The position numbers and the translations under genes were made by a program. Shown here in pieces: positions 1-11,905 of a DNA stretch of 64,000 bases; the first letter of the stretch is position 1, and each line of letters starts with the position of its first letter. The notes beneath the pieces are model-generated. The model did not search any database, was not told the DNA's origin, and saw nothing but the letters and a program-made list of their open reading frames with translations. This stretch comes from Rebecca billardiae RCC1528 (taxonomy: Eukaryota > Protista > Haptophyta), in the NCBI GenBank assembly GCA_965240325.2, contig OZ251250.1, positions 620,001-684,000 of the forward strand, written 5' to 3'.

Positions 1-935
1 GCGCGCGCTCGCGCTCGCTCCAGCCCGCGCGCGCGCGGCCGTGCAGAGGCGCGTACTCAGCCGAGCCGCCGAGGAGGGCGGAGGCGCCGCCGGCGCCGCG
101 CTGCGGCGGGTGGGAGGAGGCGGAGGAGGACTCGGCGACGATCGAGCCGCTCGTCGCGCGGCGCGCGAGCTGCACCGCCCGCGCCACGTCGGCGAGCTTG
201 CCGCGGCCGCCCGCGCCGCCGCCGCCCGCGCCGCCCGCGCCGCCGTCGAGCGTCGTGCGCGCCTGCTGCACCGCGCGCCCGAGGTCGTACAGCTGGTCGA
301 GGTAGTTCTCGACGAAGGAGACGAAGACGCTCGCGCGCACGTTCGAGCCCACCAGCCGCTTCCGCCGCTCCACCTCGGCGAACATGAACTCGAGCGCGCG
401 CGGCACGATCCCGCGGTCCGCGCCGCCCTCGCCGAAAATCGAAAACGTTTTTCCCGAGCCGGTCTGCCCGTAGGCAAAGCAGCACGAGTTGAAGCCCTTG
501 ACGACGTGCGCGCAGAGCGGGCGGCAGACCGAGCTGAAGATGTGCTCCTGCGCGGCGGCGGGAGCCGACGCGCCGCGCCGCGCGCCGCGTGAGCGCACGC
601 GAGCGGCGGCCGGGCACGCGCGGATGCGCGCGCGCGGCGCAGCGCCGCGCCGCGCCGCCTCGGCCATGCGCGCGCACCTGCGTCGTCTCGGGCATGAAGA
701 CGTCGTCGAAGCTGAACTCGCGCTCGGGCTTCGTCTCCTCCTGCCCCTTCGGCGGCCGCACGTGCAGCGTGCCCGGGTCAGACGGGAACGTGGTGTACAG
801 CTGCTGCGCCGGCGGCTCGGCGTGGCGGCGCAGCCGCACGCACACGCGCACGCGCGTGCTGCCGTCGGCGGCGGGCTGCGCGCTCGCGGGCGGACCGGCA
901 GGCCGGAGCACCTCCGACACGCCGTCCGAGCCCAT
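1..935 (-). CDS. Kinesin motor-domain protein (5' part; continues beyond the window start)
   Basis: ATG at 935. Exon 1 reads RVRVCVRLR...REFSFDDVFMPETTQ. A GT-AG intron spans 677-548. Exon 2 reads EHIFSSVCRPLCAHVVKGFNSCCFAYGQTGSGKTFSIFG...RGIVPRALEFMF...VSFVENYLDQLYDL, giving the kinesin P-loop and downstream motifs. Confidence 0.93.
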
Positions 936-1255
936 CGGCCGCGCTGCGCCGCTCAAGCCCGTCCGAGGAGGCGGCGCGGCGCCGGGCCGGCGAGCGTTAG
1001 AGCCTGCGCAGCTCAAGGCCAGCTAGCTGCTGCTCACCACCGGTGCCAACCGGCTGTTTGATGACTACAGGAGTATGCACAGGTTGATCATGAATGGCCG
1101 ACTGGCCGCTCAATATTAATCGTGCTAGCATCGGCTGCTTCGATGCTGCTAAACGGATTTACTTGCTTCAACAGCCAAGAAATCCGGGGCTCCACCCAAG
1201 GACTGGATGAGAATCCGGCTTCTCTTTGCCGCTGACGTGGCCCATCAAGCCCAGA

Positions 1256-1921
1256 ATGGCGTCGGGCGCGGGCCCCCGCGCGCGCGGGACGGATGGCTCG
1301 GACCACAAGTACCGGCAGCGCGTCGAGTCGCACTACACGGTGATGGCGAGCGCGCGCAAGCGCCTCCATGCCGCGAGCCAGCTCCACGCCGCGCACGTCG
1401 TCAGCACCGTCGCCGCGCTCACGAGCGGCTACATGACGAGCGGCGAGCTCGACGTGACGGCCGGCTTCCACATCGCCACGGCGGTCGCGTCGGGGATGGT
1501 CGGGCTCAAGGCGCGCGCCTCGTCGAAGGCGTCGGTCGTCGGCCCAGTCGAGGCCTACTCGCGCCAGCTCTCGTACCAGTTCTTCCTCTGCGCCCTCTCC
1601 GCCGCGCTCTGGTCGTACGTCTGCCTCACGGCGCAGGCGGGCGCGGACGCGCCTCTCCACGCGCGCATGGGCATCCTGGCGCAAGTGTTCGGCGCGGCGT
1701 CGGACGTGCGCGCGTGGGCGCCGGCGGGGCGAGCGCGCGCGAGCCCCGCGCCCACGCCCGTCGGCCGCGGCTGACTCGGCGCCTCGCCCCCTGCCCCTGT
1801 GCGCGCCGCCTGCCCGCCCGCCCGCCCACCCGACCGCTGTGTCTCTCAGCTCTTTGGCTTCAGAGCGGCTGCGGCGCTCGCCGGCGCGCTGCTGGAAGCG
1901 AAGGGGAAGGGGCGGAAGTGA
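1256..1921 (+). CDS. JAGN1: Jagunal homolog (ER membrane protein), 2 exons
   Basis: The N-terminus MASGAGPRARGTDGSDHKYRQRVESHY matches the jagunal signature (MASRxGPRAxGTDGSD). Hydrophobic segments follow. Probable intron 1706-1849; the last exon LFGFRAAAALAGALLEAKGKGRK* ends in a basic, ER-retrieval-like tail. Confidence 0.85.
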
Positions 1922-3179
1922 CGAAGCCGAGCGGTGCACGCGGCCACGTGTGCCCATGCCGCGCGCAGCACACGAGGCCAGGCGGCCCGCCCAGGGCGGC
2001 GCCGTGCCGCAACTGCCGGTACTGCAGCACAGCGCCTGTTGAACAAGGAGGTGGTGTTGAACCAGTCTAAGCCAAACGTCCTTGCCGAGCTCGGTGACGG
2101 CCCCATCCTCAGTGGGTCGACCGTGGCCGTTCTCATGTGCCTTGTGTAACATTTGCGTGAAGGGCGATGCGGCCCGTCTGGTACCGTCTCAGTCGTCTCA
2201 CTAGCAGGCCGACAAGCAGCTGACCTGACTCACTGACGATCAGCGGGCCCGTCACGGTCTTATGACTGCGTACTGACTCTGAGTCGGCTCGTCCGAGTGG
2301 TGACGAAGTGGTCTGCTTGTACTACGACCGCGGGCCACGAGGCTCAGGCTGCTAGCTCAGTCGTGACATAATGACTAGGGGGTCCATGACAGCAGCCCAC
2401 TGAATTGTGATTTTCGACAACCATGCGATTTAGGTGTCTGACGAGCGTTGCGCTTGCGGAGGCACCCACAAATATGTCCCGGAACCCAGCCCAGCCGTCA
2501 GAAGCACCCAAAACCGACTCCGCGTGCCGTCGCGCGGTCGTGCGCGCACGCCAGCTGCACCACTGTGTCACATACAGATTCAGCCAAACGTCAACGACTT
2601 GTTATGGCGGCTAAATGACGGTATATCGTCGAAATCACTTATTCATAACCGTTGCAACCCGCCCCAACAAAATTAAGGTGGACTTGCTAAATTTTAGTAG
2701 GTACGATGAGTGTGCTTAGAGGTCGGTGAAAAACTACTCCAAGATCGAGCATGTTACCCACTTAATTAGAGACACGTACCCGCATATATGCGCTTACCTA
2801 CCCGTTTATTATACAGTGCGGGTGAGTTTTAAATATATATTCAGGGTGGTGTCAATATGGGGGTACCTTGTTCACTATTCGTGCTGGGTCATCCGAATAG
2901 GCCGCGCCGCCGCGCGGAGACGGCGGGCTCATGCCACTCAAACCGTGCCGCAGCAGGCCCGGCCGGACCTGATGCGGACGGCGGGCTGCGTGCCGAAGCA
3001 CACTACCAAGCGCACCTCTGAGCATGCCACCATCCCCATAGTCGTGAGAGAGTCCTCCGCCATCGACGCTTGCGTGCGATCGCCGCCGCCGAGCTTGCCG
3101 CGTCCGTTCGGCGACTTCCGTGCCCGTGCTCTGTGTCACCGGCGTCGTCGCCGTTGGTCCCCCAGCCCACGCGAGGCCG

Positions 3180-4499
3180 TCACCGGTCCACCGGTACTGC
3201 GGCGGACTGCGCGCGCTTCGCCGCGCGCTCGCCCTCGAGCTCCACCGCTCTCCTCTCGCGCTCGAACTGCACGCAGTCGGCAGCCATGGCAGCCCGCTCG
3301 GCCGCAGCGCGATCTGTGCCCCCGCGCGCGCTGCGCTCGGATGCGTCGGCGCGCAAGCTGGCGCGCGCAGCGTCGGCGACGGCGCGCGCGGTCGCCTTGC
3401 GCGACGAGTCCAGCTCCACCTGCTGCTCCGTCAGGCGCACCTGCTGCTCCAAGATGATCGCGTGCTCAGCAGGAGTCACGCGCTGCTCGTGCAGCGGCAC
3501 CTGCACGCGGCCTGCTGCGGACGCGCGCGGCGCGCCGGCGTCGGGGGGCGAGTAGAGGTCGCGGAAGGGGCAGCTGTCGTCGCCGGCGCCCAGCGACGTG
3601 TCGTCGGCATCCAGCTCCGCCTTCCTCTCCGCCGCCGACGCGCCCTGCTTCCGGCTCAGGATGCGCTCCATGTCCTTGTTCCTGGCCTTCCACCACCTGT
3701 GCACGGTCATCAGCCAGATGCCGATCACCTCCAGCAGCGGCGAGTCGTGGCGCGCCGAGATGCCGAGCGCATCCGCGCAGACGAGCGCGAGTGCCTTGGG
3801 CTTCTTCGTCCCACCGTCGCGCGCGGTCTGGGCGCACGCAGGGGTGAACACTCTGACCAACGGCTTGTGCTTCTTCAAGTTCTCGAGCATGAGGTCCATG
3901 AGCGTGCGGAGGAGGTCGAGGAGCATGAAGTTGAGCACCGATGCGTACCGCGGGCGAGTGCCGGCCACGAGCCGACCGGCCAAGGGCTGCAGCACGTGGA
4001 TGGCGCGCGCCGCCACCGCCGTCTCCTCGAGCTGCTGCGCGCTGACGTTGACGTCAGGCCGTAGCTCGGGCCTGCACGGTTGCACACAGCAGAGGCCGTC
4101 CGCGGAGGAGGCGAGCCCATCGGCGGTGCCGGCGGGGACCTCGGGCGGGTCGCACACATCCATGGTCACGCGTGCATCATCATCTGCCGCGCCCTGGACC
4201 TCGTCATGCCCGGCACAGCGGTCCGCAAGTTGGTCAGCGGTAGCTGGCCCTTGCAGCAGAGGCGTCGCGGGCACGTCCGAGGGCGAGAAGGCAGCGTCGG
4301 GTGGGGAAGGAGACAGCGTCGAGTCGTTGCCGATGCCCATCCCACCGCGTTGCGCATGTTCGTCTCCGCGTTGCTCGCCTGCACGTGCTCCTAGGACGCG
4401 CTCCTTGGTCGCGGGCAGCACACGTTGAGCACGCATATTCAAATCATGAAGCACGAGCGTCGACTGACCAGCGACTCCCAGCGAGAGCCCGGTCCACAC
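3180..4499 (-). CDS. Hypothetical protein with a coiled-coil-like C-terminal part; may be a decayed or TE-borne gene
   Basis: 439-codon ORF whose middle and 3' parts look coding (MERILSRKQGASAAERKAEL, LEQQVRLTEQQVEL). No family recognised and the start is uncertain. Confidence 0.35.
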   Translation of the reverse strand: MWTGLSLGVAGQSTLVLHDLNMRAQRVLPATKERVLGARAGEQRGDEHAQRGGMGIGNDSTLSPSPPDAAFSPSDVPATPLLQGPATADQLADRCAGHDEVQGAADDDARVTMDVCDPPEVPAGTADGLASSADGLCCVQPCRPELRPDVNVSAQQLEETAVAARAIHVLQPLAGRLVAGTRPRYASVLNFMLLDLLRTLMDLMLENLKKHKPLVRVFTPACAQTARDGGTKKPKALALVCADALGISARHDSPLLEVIGIWLMTVHRWWKARNKDMERILSRKQGASAAERKAELDADDTSLGAGDDSCPFRDLYSPPDAGAPRASAAGRVQVPLHEQRVTPAEHAIILEQQVRLTEQQVELDSSRKATARAVADAARASLRADASERSARGGTDRAAAERAAMAADCVQFERERRAVELEGERAAKRAQSAAVPVDR

Positions 4500-5064
4500 G
4501 AAGCATGGCTACCTGTCCGCAGCCGCCCAGCCGCTCGGCGAGGCGCCTGCGCCGAGGTGGGCGCGCCCAACGGCGAGCGGACGGCCGTCGACGAGGGCCA
4601 TCAGCCTCGCCGACCCCGTTCAGAGCTCCGCTCCCGCGCCGGGGCCAGCCGAGCGCGGATTTGGAATCTGCCGATCGCTAAAACACGCCGAACAAGTTCT
4701 GAAAAGGAAAAGAAAAGAAATCAAAACTCAATTTAATCTGATGGACCCCCTATAATGACGCGCGGGATGCCAATGGCAATCGGAATTGGCGCGGCTCAAA
4801 CGGGGCCGTTCAAGCCGTATACGCCGTCGTGATAGTGAGGCGACGAGGCCGCACCCCGCGGCACCGGCCACGGCCAACGACCGCCGCGTTAACTTAAGTC
4901 GGAGGCAGAGTACCGGCCGCCCGGTCAGTGAAGCCAGTGAGTGGGCCAGTGTGAACTGCTCGGCCCCGGCCCCGGGGCGCGGGCCGCGGCCCCGCGGGCA
5001 ACCGAACGGCGGGGTGACAGCAGGCCGCGGCGGCGACCGTACTAGTAGTATCTGAGTACTATAT

Positions 5065-5560
5065 ATATATTAACGACGTGGTATGCAACGGGCAAGCGTC
5101 AGAGTAAGCAAGCTGTAGCAGCAGATCGAGCAGCAGAGACAAACACCAGGACCAGCGCTCCTCGCCGTCGTCCCCCCCCCCCTCGTAGTCGCCCATCACT
5201 CCTGACTCCATCGCCGAGCGGAAGCTCGACGCACCGTCTGGCGTCGACGCGAACGCGCCACCGCGGTGGTCGCGGTGCCACGCGTCGTCAGCCGTCGTCT
5301 CGAAGTAGTCGTCGTACGCAGCGCCCCCGCGGGCGCGTGCCCCCGGGCGCACGTGCGCCATGCGCGCGCGGGCGATGAGCATCTTGGCCTGGCCACGCAG
5401 GCAGCGCATGCCCAGCTCGCGCCGCATGGTGCCGAGCAGCGCGCGCTCGGCGGCGGGGCGCGAGGGCGCGCTGAGGCGCGCGCGCCACGTGTCCCGCCCC
5501 ATCTTGGCGATCTTCTTGAGGGTGAGGTCCACCTCCGCGCTCCACTCGCCGAACGCGCCT
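5065..5560 (-). mobile_element. 5'-truncated remnant of an RLE-type non-LTR retrotransposon (C-terminal endonuclease region)
   Basis: Translation GAFGEWSAEVDLTLKKIAKMG...RRELGMRCLRGQAKML resembles the G.WS..A..LL..L....RLS.AIQRGNA tail of CRE/NeSL-like RLE elements. TA runs flank it on both sides. Confidence 0.6.
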
Positions 5561-5869
5561 GAGTACTATATATATAAGTTGTACATATATATATATATAC
5601 TAGTAAATGTGTCAATCTACTGTCTACTCCGATGAGTACTGCCAATACTACAAGCGGCATCCCTGGGCACCTACTGGCTCCGTGTGATCAGCATCGGCGA
5701 CGACTACCCGCGGCCAACGCGCTCACACCCTCGATCTGTCTCCAATCAGTACTTCGACAGACGAATCCGGAGAGCTGCGCCCTCGTGCCTGTGTGTGACA
5801 CTGTGTCTTTAAATCATAGAATTAGTACTCAGGTAATAACTCAGCCACTCAGCAGTGGAGGCGTCGCCG

Positions 5870-6250
5870 CAGCGGGCAAAGCGCACCCTGGACGACGCCG
5901 CAGCGCCAGCCGCCGCCAGCCAGCCAGCTGGCTCGAGCAGCAAGCGCGTACGCGACCGCCCGGGGAGCACGGGGCAGGTACGACCAGCTGCTACCCGCGG
6001 CTGAGACTGCCAGCTGACATCCGGACCTGCACCTTCGCCCTTGCTCGGGGCACAGCAGGTTCATGCGAGCCGCGCAGCGCAGGTGGATCGCGCTTCAGCA
6101 GCTCAAGGCCGCGCTCAAGCTTTACGATCGCGGTGCAGGCTATGCTCTGCCGCCAGCGCCGCGACTTCGTGTCGACGATCGGGCACTGCCGCGGACGAAT
6201 CAGGAGACCCGCGTCGTCCTACCTGTGTCGTTAAATCATAGAATGAGTAC
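5870..6250 (+). repeat. Dispersed repeat family A, copy 1 (copy 2 at 28591-29003)
   Basis: The sequence from aagcgcaccctggacgacgccgcagcgccagccgccgccagccagccagctggctcgagc through ctgtgtcgttaaatca is found in the same orientation at 28.6-29.0 kb. Confidence 0.93.
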
Positions 6251-6416
6251 GGACCTACCGAGTACTCTCCCGTCTCCGCTTACTCGGACTGCTAGTCAGT
6301 AGGCTAGCCGCAGTCTACTTACGGATCGACCAGTCCGCGTCGATCGAGTGCTACTGCTCAGACTCTCACACGTGAGAGAGTCACACGGCTGGCACTGATC
6401 ACTCTGACTATCATCA

Positions 6417-6451
6417 TAATATATATATATAATATTTATATTATATATATA

Positions 6452-6525
<74 letters not shown>
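6417..6525. repeat. (TA)n microsatellite
   Basis: Directly visible run of TA dinucleotides. Confidence 0.98.
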
Positions 6526-6528
<3 letters not shown>

Positions 6529-7496
6529 AATGGCGCACACGGTCCCGACTGCGACTACCGCGCCGACGGGCCGTCGGCCGACTACGCAGAGTAAGCCAGT
6601 CGTAACTAGCTACGACATGCGCCTACTACAGCCGAGTAAGAGTAGTTACTAGTACTACCGAGTACGGAGTAGTTACGCGGCGGCGCGGCAGAGACGCCCG
6701 CAGAGTGACGCGGCGTCGCGGCGGCGGCAGTCGAGCCCCGAGTGCATATCAGTGCATTTGCCCGTCACACACACTGCTAGTCACTACTGATGTGTCACAG
6801 TGTGATATGCCTGATGATGGGCGGCGCGGGACAGTGCCAGCAGCTACTGCCAGTGACACTGAATACTGATGACACGGTCTCTACTCTCTGATGATGAGTG
6901 TGGCTGATAGCTTCAGCTGATGAACTCATCTGAACGGCTGACCGCGTGGCCACTCAGACGCTGTAACTATTTCGGTAAGCGAAGACGCTGAATGGCAATG
7001 CCTGACGAAATGGAATTGAAATCAGAGGCGCTGAAGCCATGCTGTGCTCGGTCGGAAGGATGAGCCTGCCGTAATGCGGAAACGGAGGTTGCCAAGTGCG
7101 GACGGGCGGGTGTGCTCTGCCTGTCCGCGGGATGCTGCTGGCTGGCGGGCGCACCGCACCGCCTTGGGTGGACCAAGGGAGATCGCCATCTCCCGTGGGT
7201 CCCTCCTTGGCCGGGTGGACCACCGCGCCGACACCTCTGCCAGCCAGCAGCCGCTTGCTCCAGAGGGGTGACGATGAGAACGAGTCTTGGGTCACGAGCG
7301 AAGCGCCGCCAGCTCGGCATCTGCCTGCCGGTGCCACCGCCCCCGTCGCCGCGCCGTCGTGCTATGCTGCAGCCAGCCGCGGCGCGCAGCCCAGCCCCCC
7401 AGGGCGGGTGGGGGGCCAGCCCGCGCCGCGCGGCCGACGACGCGGCTCCCGGGGGGCAGCGGGGGTTGGATGGGAGGTGCGGAGAGCGCGGCGCGC

Positions 7497-10400
7497 TCAG
7501 AGCACGCTCTCCAGCGCCGAGATCGACGGCTTGACGTCCTCACCCTGCGCCGAGAGCACGTAGCCCTCGGCAAAGGCCGCGCCGCCCGCGTGGACGGGGT
7601 GGCCCGTCGCGGCCGCGCGGTTGCCGCGGCCGAGCTCAATAGGTGTCGCCGTGGCCATCACGGGGGGCGTGCCGCCGGCGTGCTCCGGCTCCGGCGGGCC
7701 GCCGGCGCCGCCCTTGCTGCCGTCCGGCAGCAGCAGCGTCGACGGCGCCACCTCGCTGTGCATGTGCCGAAGCGCGGAGACGAGCGTCTCGTACTGCGTG
7801 CCCTCCACGTGACCGTTGGTCATCGCGAAGCATCGGCCGACGAGCTGCGTTCAAGGGAGTGGAGGCGGAGGGGGCGGGGGCGCGGGCGCGGGGCGGCGCG
7901 GAGGGGAGACGAGGCGTGAGCGGGCGGGGCGGCGGAGCGCGATGCGCGCGGGTGGCGCACGCGGGGAGGAGCGTACGGCCCGGTTGCCGCCCGCGCCCGC
8001 GCTCGCACCGCACCGCACCGCCCGCACCGCGGCGCGGCGCGGCGCGGCGCGGCGCGCGCGCGCGCAGGCTCGTGCCGCGCGCACGGCGCGCGCGCAGGCG
8101 GAGTGAGGGAGGGCTGCTGCACACCTTCTCGCAGATCTGCAGCATGAGCATTCGGATCGACTTGTGCGCCATGCTGAACTGCCGGTCGATGCTGCGGGCG
8201 CAGAGCGAGCGCGCGGAGAGGGCGGCGGATGCGGTGAGTACAGAGGCGGCGGGCGCGGCACGGCGCGCGCGCTCGGGCGGCGGGCCGGGGGGGCGCGCGG
8301 CACGGGGCGCGCCCTGTCCAAGCGCGCACTTTCGGATGCGCGTCTTGTGTGCGCCGATGATCTCCTGCACCTGCGCCAGCTCGAGCGCGTCCGAGCGCGC
8401 GCGCTTGGTGCCGCGGCCGCTCGCGCTGCCGCCGCCGCACGGCACGGAGCCCGCCGTTGAGCCCGGCCCGACCACGCCGCTGTGCGCGCCAGCCCCGAGT
8501 GAGAGAGCGCCGCCGCCCCGCTTGATCAGGTGCAGCCGGTCGCGCGAGTTGGGCGTGAAGTGCTCGTGCGAGTACTCGAGGCAGACGTCCAGGCAGGACG
8601 ACTTGGCCTGCGCGGCGAGGCGAGCGGGCGAGGCGCGAGGCCGCGTGCGCGGGCGGAGAGGGGGGGAGGCGTTGAGTGCTCGGCGCGCGCGAGCGCGGGG
8701 GTTTGTGTGCGCACCGGGCGCGCCCGCCGCCGCACGAGGCGCAGCGCCGTGCGCGCTGCGCCGCGCGCACCTTGTGCGTGAAGTTGTACGTGTGCAGCTG
8801 CTGCGAGAAGGACGAGAAGCGGTTATGCCGGAAGTAGCGCGGCAGCACCTCGGCCTCGAACCGATGGACGTCTGCTCCGAGGAGAAGGAAGGAAAAAGAA
8901 GAGGGGAGAAAAGGAAAAGAAAAAACAACGGGAGGGCACGGGCGCGGGAGGGGTCAGTCAGCCGCGCGAGCGAACGGGCGGCGAGCGGCGTCGCAGCCGC
9001 CGAGCCGGCAGCGAGCCCGGGCGCACACGCGCACACGCGCACGCACACAGGCGAGGGCGCGCGCGCAGGGCACGAGCGCGCGCGGGCGCACCGGTGATGA
9101 TGAACGAGTGGCCGTCCGGGGACCAGTGCACCACGTCGTCCGTGTCGGGCGCGAAGAGGATTTTGTGCAGCTTCGAGATGAACGGCGCGACGCGCGGCTT
9201 GATGTCGGCGTCCGCGCCGCCCGTCGCCGACTCGACCGTCGCCGTGCCGCACCCCTCGCCGCCCTCGCCGATCTCGACGTCCGCGCCGCCGCCCTCGCCC
9301 GCGCCGCCTGTTCCTACCAGCTCGGCGAGCGCGCGCTCCGCGCCGCGCGCGTCGAGCGGCGTGGGCTTGCAGATGGCGACGTAGTGCCACGGCCGCTGCC
9401 CGTCGCGCAGCGCCCTCACGCCCGGCGGGAGCAGCGGGCTCAGGCACAGCTGCGTCATCATCGGCTGGTTCTCATGCGTGTAGCACAGCAGCTGCACGGT
9501 GAGCTGGGCGCCCTGGTCCAGCGCGAGCTCGAGCTTTGTGAGCGCCTCCGCGCTCGTGCCGTGGCCGTGCATGAGCGAGAGCGTGCGCCCGATCGCCTGC
9601 TCGAGCGGCCAGCCGAACGTGCGCGTCCACGCCACGTTCGCGTGCACGAGCCGGTGCGGCGGCTGGCCCTCGAGCACGAGGACCAGATCCGACGACGGCT
9701 CGAGCGCAGCATCCAGCGTGATTGGCACGCGGAAGACTGAGCCGTCGACGTTGATGACGAGCTGGAAGGGGCGCCTGGGCGGCTGTGCGCCGCCGCCGCC
9801 CGCGGCGGCGGCGAGCTGCTGCGCCTGCTGCTGCGCCGCCGCCGCCGCCACCGCCTGCTGCTGCTGCTGCTGCTGCGCGTGCGCCGCCTCCCACTGCTGC
9901 TGCTGCGCCGCCGCCTGCTCCCAGTGCGCCTGCTGCTGCTGCTGCTGCTGCGCGGCGTGCTGCTGCACGACGTGCGCGGCGTACGCGTCGCGCTCGTGCT
10001 CGAGCTGCGCGTCCGCGGCCTGCGCGGCGGCGGCGGCGGCGGCGGCGGCGCTCGCGGAGTTGGGCGGCAGCCGCGCCCCCCGTCCCATCTGCTGTACGTG
10101 AAGCAGCGCGCGGCCGAGCCCGCTCTCAGCCTGCAGGCCGCCGCCCGGCTGCGCGCCCGCTCGGCCGCCCGGCGGCGGCCAGCGCAGCCCGGCGCCGCCG
10201 TCGCTCCCGCCGCCGCCCCTGCCCGACCCGCCCGCCTCCGAGGAGGACGCGGCCGCGGCCGCGTACGCGGCGAGATCCATCGCTGTGAGTGGGTGCGTGT
10301 GGTCGCGCGCGCCGCCGCCGCCGCCGCGGTCGGCGGCGGACATCGAGGGCCCGCCGCCGCCGCCGCCGCTCTCGCTCGTCGCGAGGCGCGGCACGCCCAG

Positions 10401-11354
10401 CGCCGCGTCGGCCGAGTGGTGCGAGTGCTCCGCGGACGGCGCCGAGGTGCTCGGCGCGCCGCCGCGCGCGCCGCAGCGAGTCCCCAGCATGGAGGCTTGT
10501 GTCAGCATCGGCGTGCCGATGACCGACGACTGCCCGCCCGCGCCCGCGCCCGACGTGCTCGGCGCGCCGCTCGTCGCGGGCGAGACGAAGCCTCGCGACA
10601 CGCCGCCCAGCCCGCCGCCGCCGCGCGCGGCGCCGCGGAGCGCCGAGACGCTCATCTGCCCGCCGTGCTGGTGCAGCATCGAGTGCGCGGCCGCTCCGAG
10701 CTGCGGCGCGGAGAGCGCGCCGAACATGCCGAAGCGGCCGGCGGGCAGCGCGGAGGCGGAGTGCCCGCCGAGTCCGCTCCCACCCGCCGCACCCATCCCG
10801 CCGCCGCTCCCGCCGCCGCCGCCGCCGCGCGCCGCCGCCGCCGCGGCCGCGGCGGCGGCCGCGCCGCACGCGCCCGCGCCGCCCGCGCCCAGCATCCGCT
10901 CGAGCTCGTCGCTGAGCATCGAGTTGGCGGCGAGCGGGTCGCCGCCGCGGAGGGAGGCGTGGATGCCCACCTCCTGGTCGGCCAGCGTCGTCATCGGCAC
11001 GCGGAACGTGTGCAGGTTGTGCGTGACCGCGCCGCCGGCGTCGTCGTACACTGGCTCGACGGACACGTCACACGGCAGCGCGATCCCGCGCTTGCCGGAG
11101 AGCATGACGGAGACGCGCGCGGGCTGCTTGGTGCGCATCGCGCCGTCGAGCCGATCGATCACGCCTGCGCTCGTGTGCGGGTTGTGCAGCACCCGCCACG
11201 TCTGCCCGCGCAGCTCGGCCTCGGTCCAGCCGAAGACGTCGAGGAACGCGCGGTTCGCGCACGCGACCGGGTGGTGGCTGCGCGCGTGCGTGAGCAGCTG
11301 CGGCTGCTCGCTGGCGCGCAATGCGGACATCACGTCCGCTAATCGCTGACGCAT
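7497..11354 (-). CDS. PAS-PAS-HSF transcription factor, 5 exons
   Basis: Two PAS-like segments: ANRAFLDVFGWTEAELRGQTWRVLH and ANVAWTRTFGWPLEQAIGRTLSLMHG. The spliced HSF DNA-binding domain reads APFISKLHKIL..VVHWSPDGHSFIITDVHRFEAEVLPRYFRHNRFSSFSQQLHTYNFTHK..EYSHEHF..LHLIKR. GT-AG introns at 9091-8872, 8770-8608, 8329-8192 and 8124-7845 all preserve frame. First in-frame ATG at 11354. Confidence 0.92.
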
Positions 11355-11519
11355 CGGGCCTCGGGATGCCCCGACGGGGGCCACGAGGCGTGGGGTGTCA
11401 CTCGGGCGGCCGCTCAGCACAGTGAGGGCCTGGAGTGCGTAGCTTTGTTGGGTTGTGCGCTGGCGGCGTTGTTGGCGGGGGGGCTGCACACGAATCCCCC
11501 CTCCGCTTTATGACAAATG

Positions 11520-11905
11520 GACCAATCAGGAGCGAGATCATTTAGCTCGTCGGCCAATGGGGAGAGGGGAGGGGTAGCGACGCCTCCGCCTCGCCAGCGT
11601 GTGAAAGGCGTGGAAGTACGGGGCCAGGCTCAAAAAGAGCAGTTTCAAGCGCCCAGGCGACGCGTTTCCCCTGCCGCCCGCTCATTGGCTGAGCGCGCTG
11701 CTTGATACAAGTGTTGGAATTGGAAACCACTCTGAGTGAAGAACCTTGCAGAACCAGACAACAGGTTTGGCTCAAGCGGCGGCTCCGATTGGCCAGCCAA
11801 ACGATGAGCCCCCCGTGCACTGGAAAGACCACACTGACCTCTGGGCGCGCACGCACTCAGGTGTCGGCCAATCACGCGTCGCCCGGACCTGATCGGACTC
11901 CAATC
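11520..11905. promoter_or_regulatory. Cluster of six CCAAT/ATTGG boxes upstream of the PAS-HSF gene
   Basis: CCAAT at 11522, 11554, 11868 and 11900; ATTGG at 11684 and 11788. Confidence 0.45.

Noticed and set aside
9400-11300. Canonical LOV blue-light receptor
   Set aside because: Neither PAS domain has the NCRFLQ cysteine.
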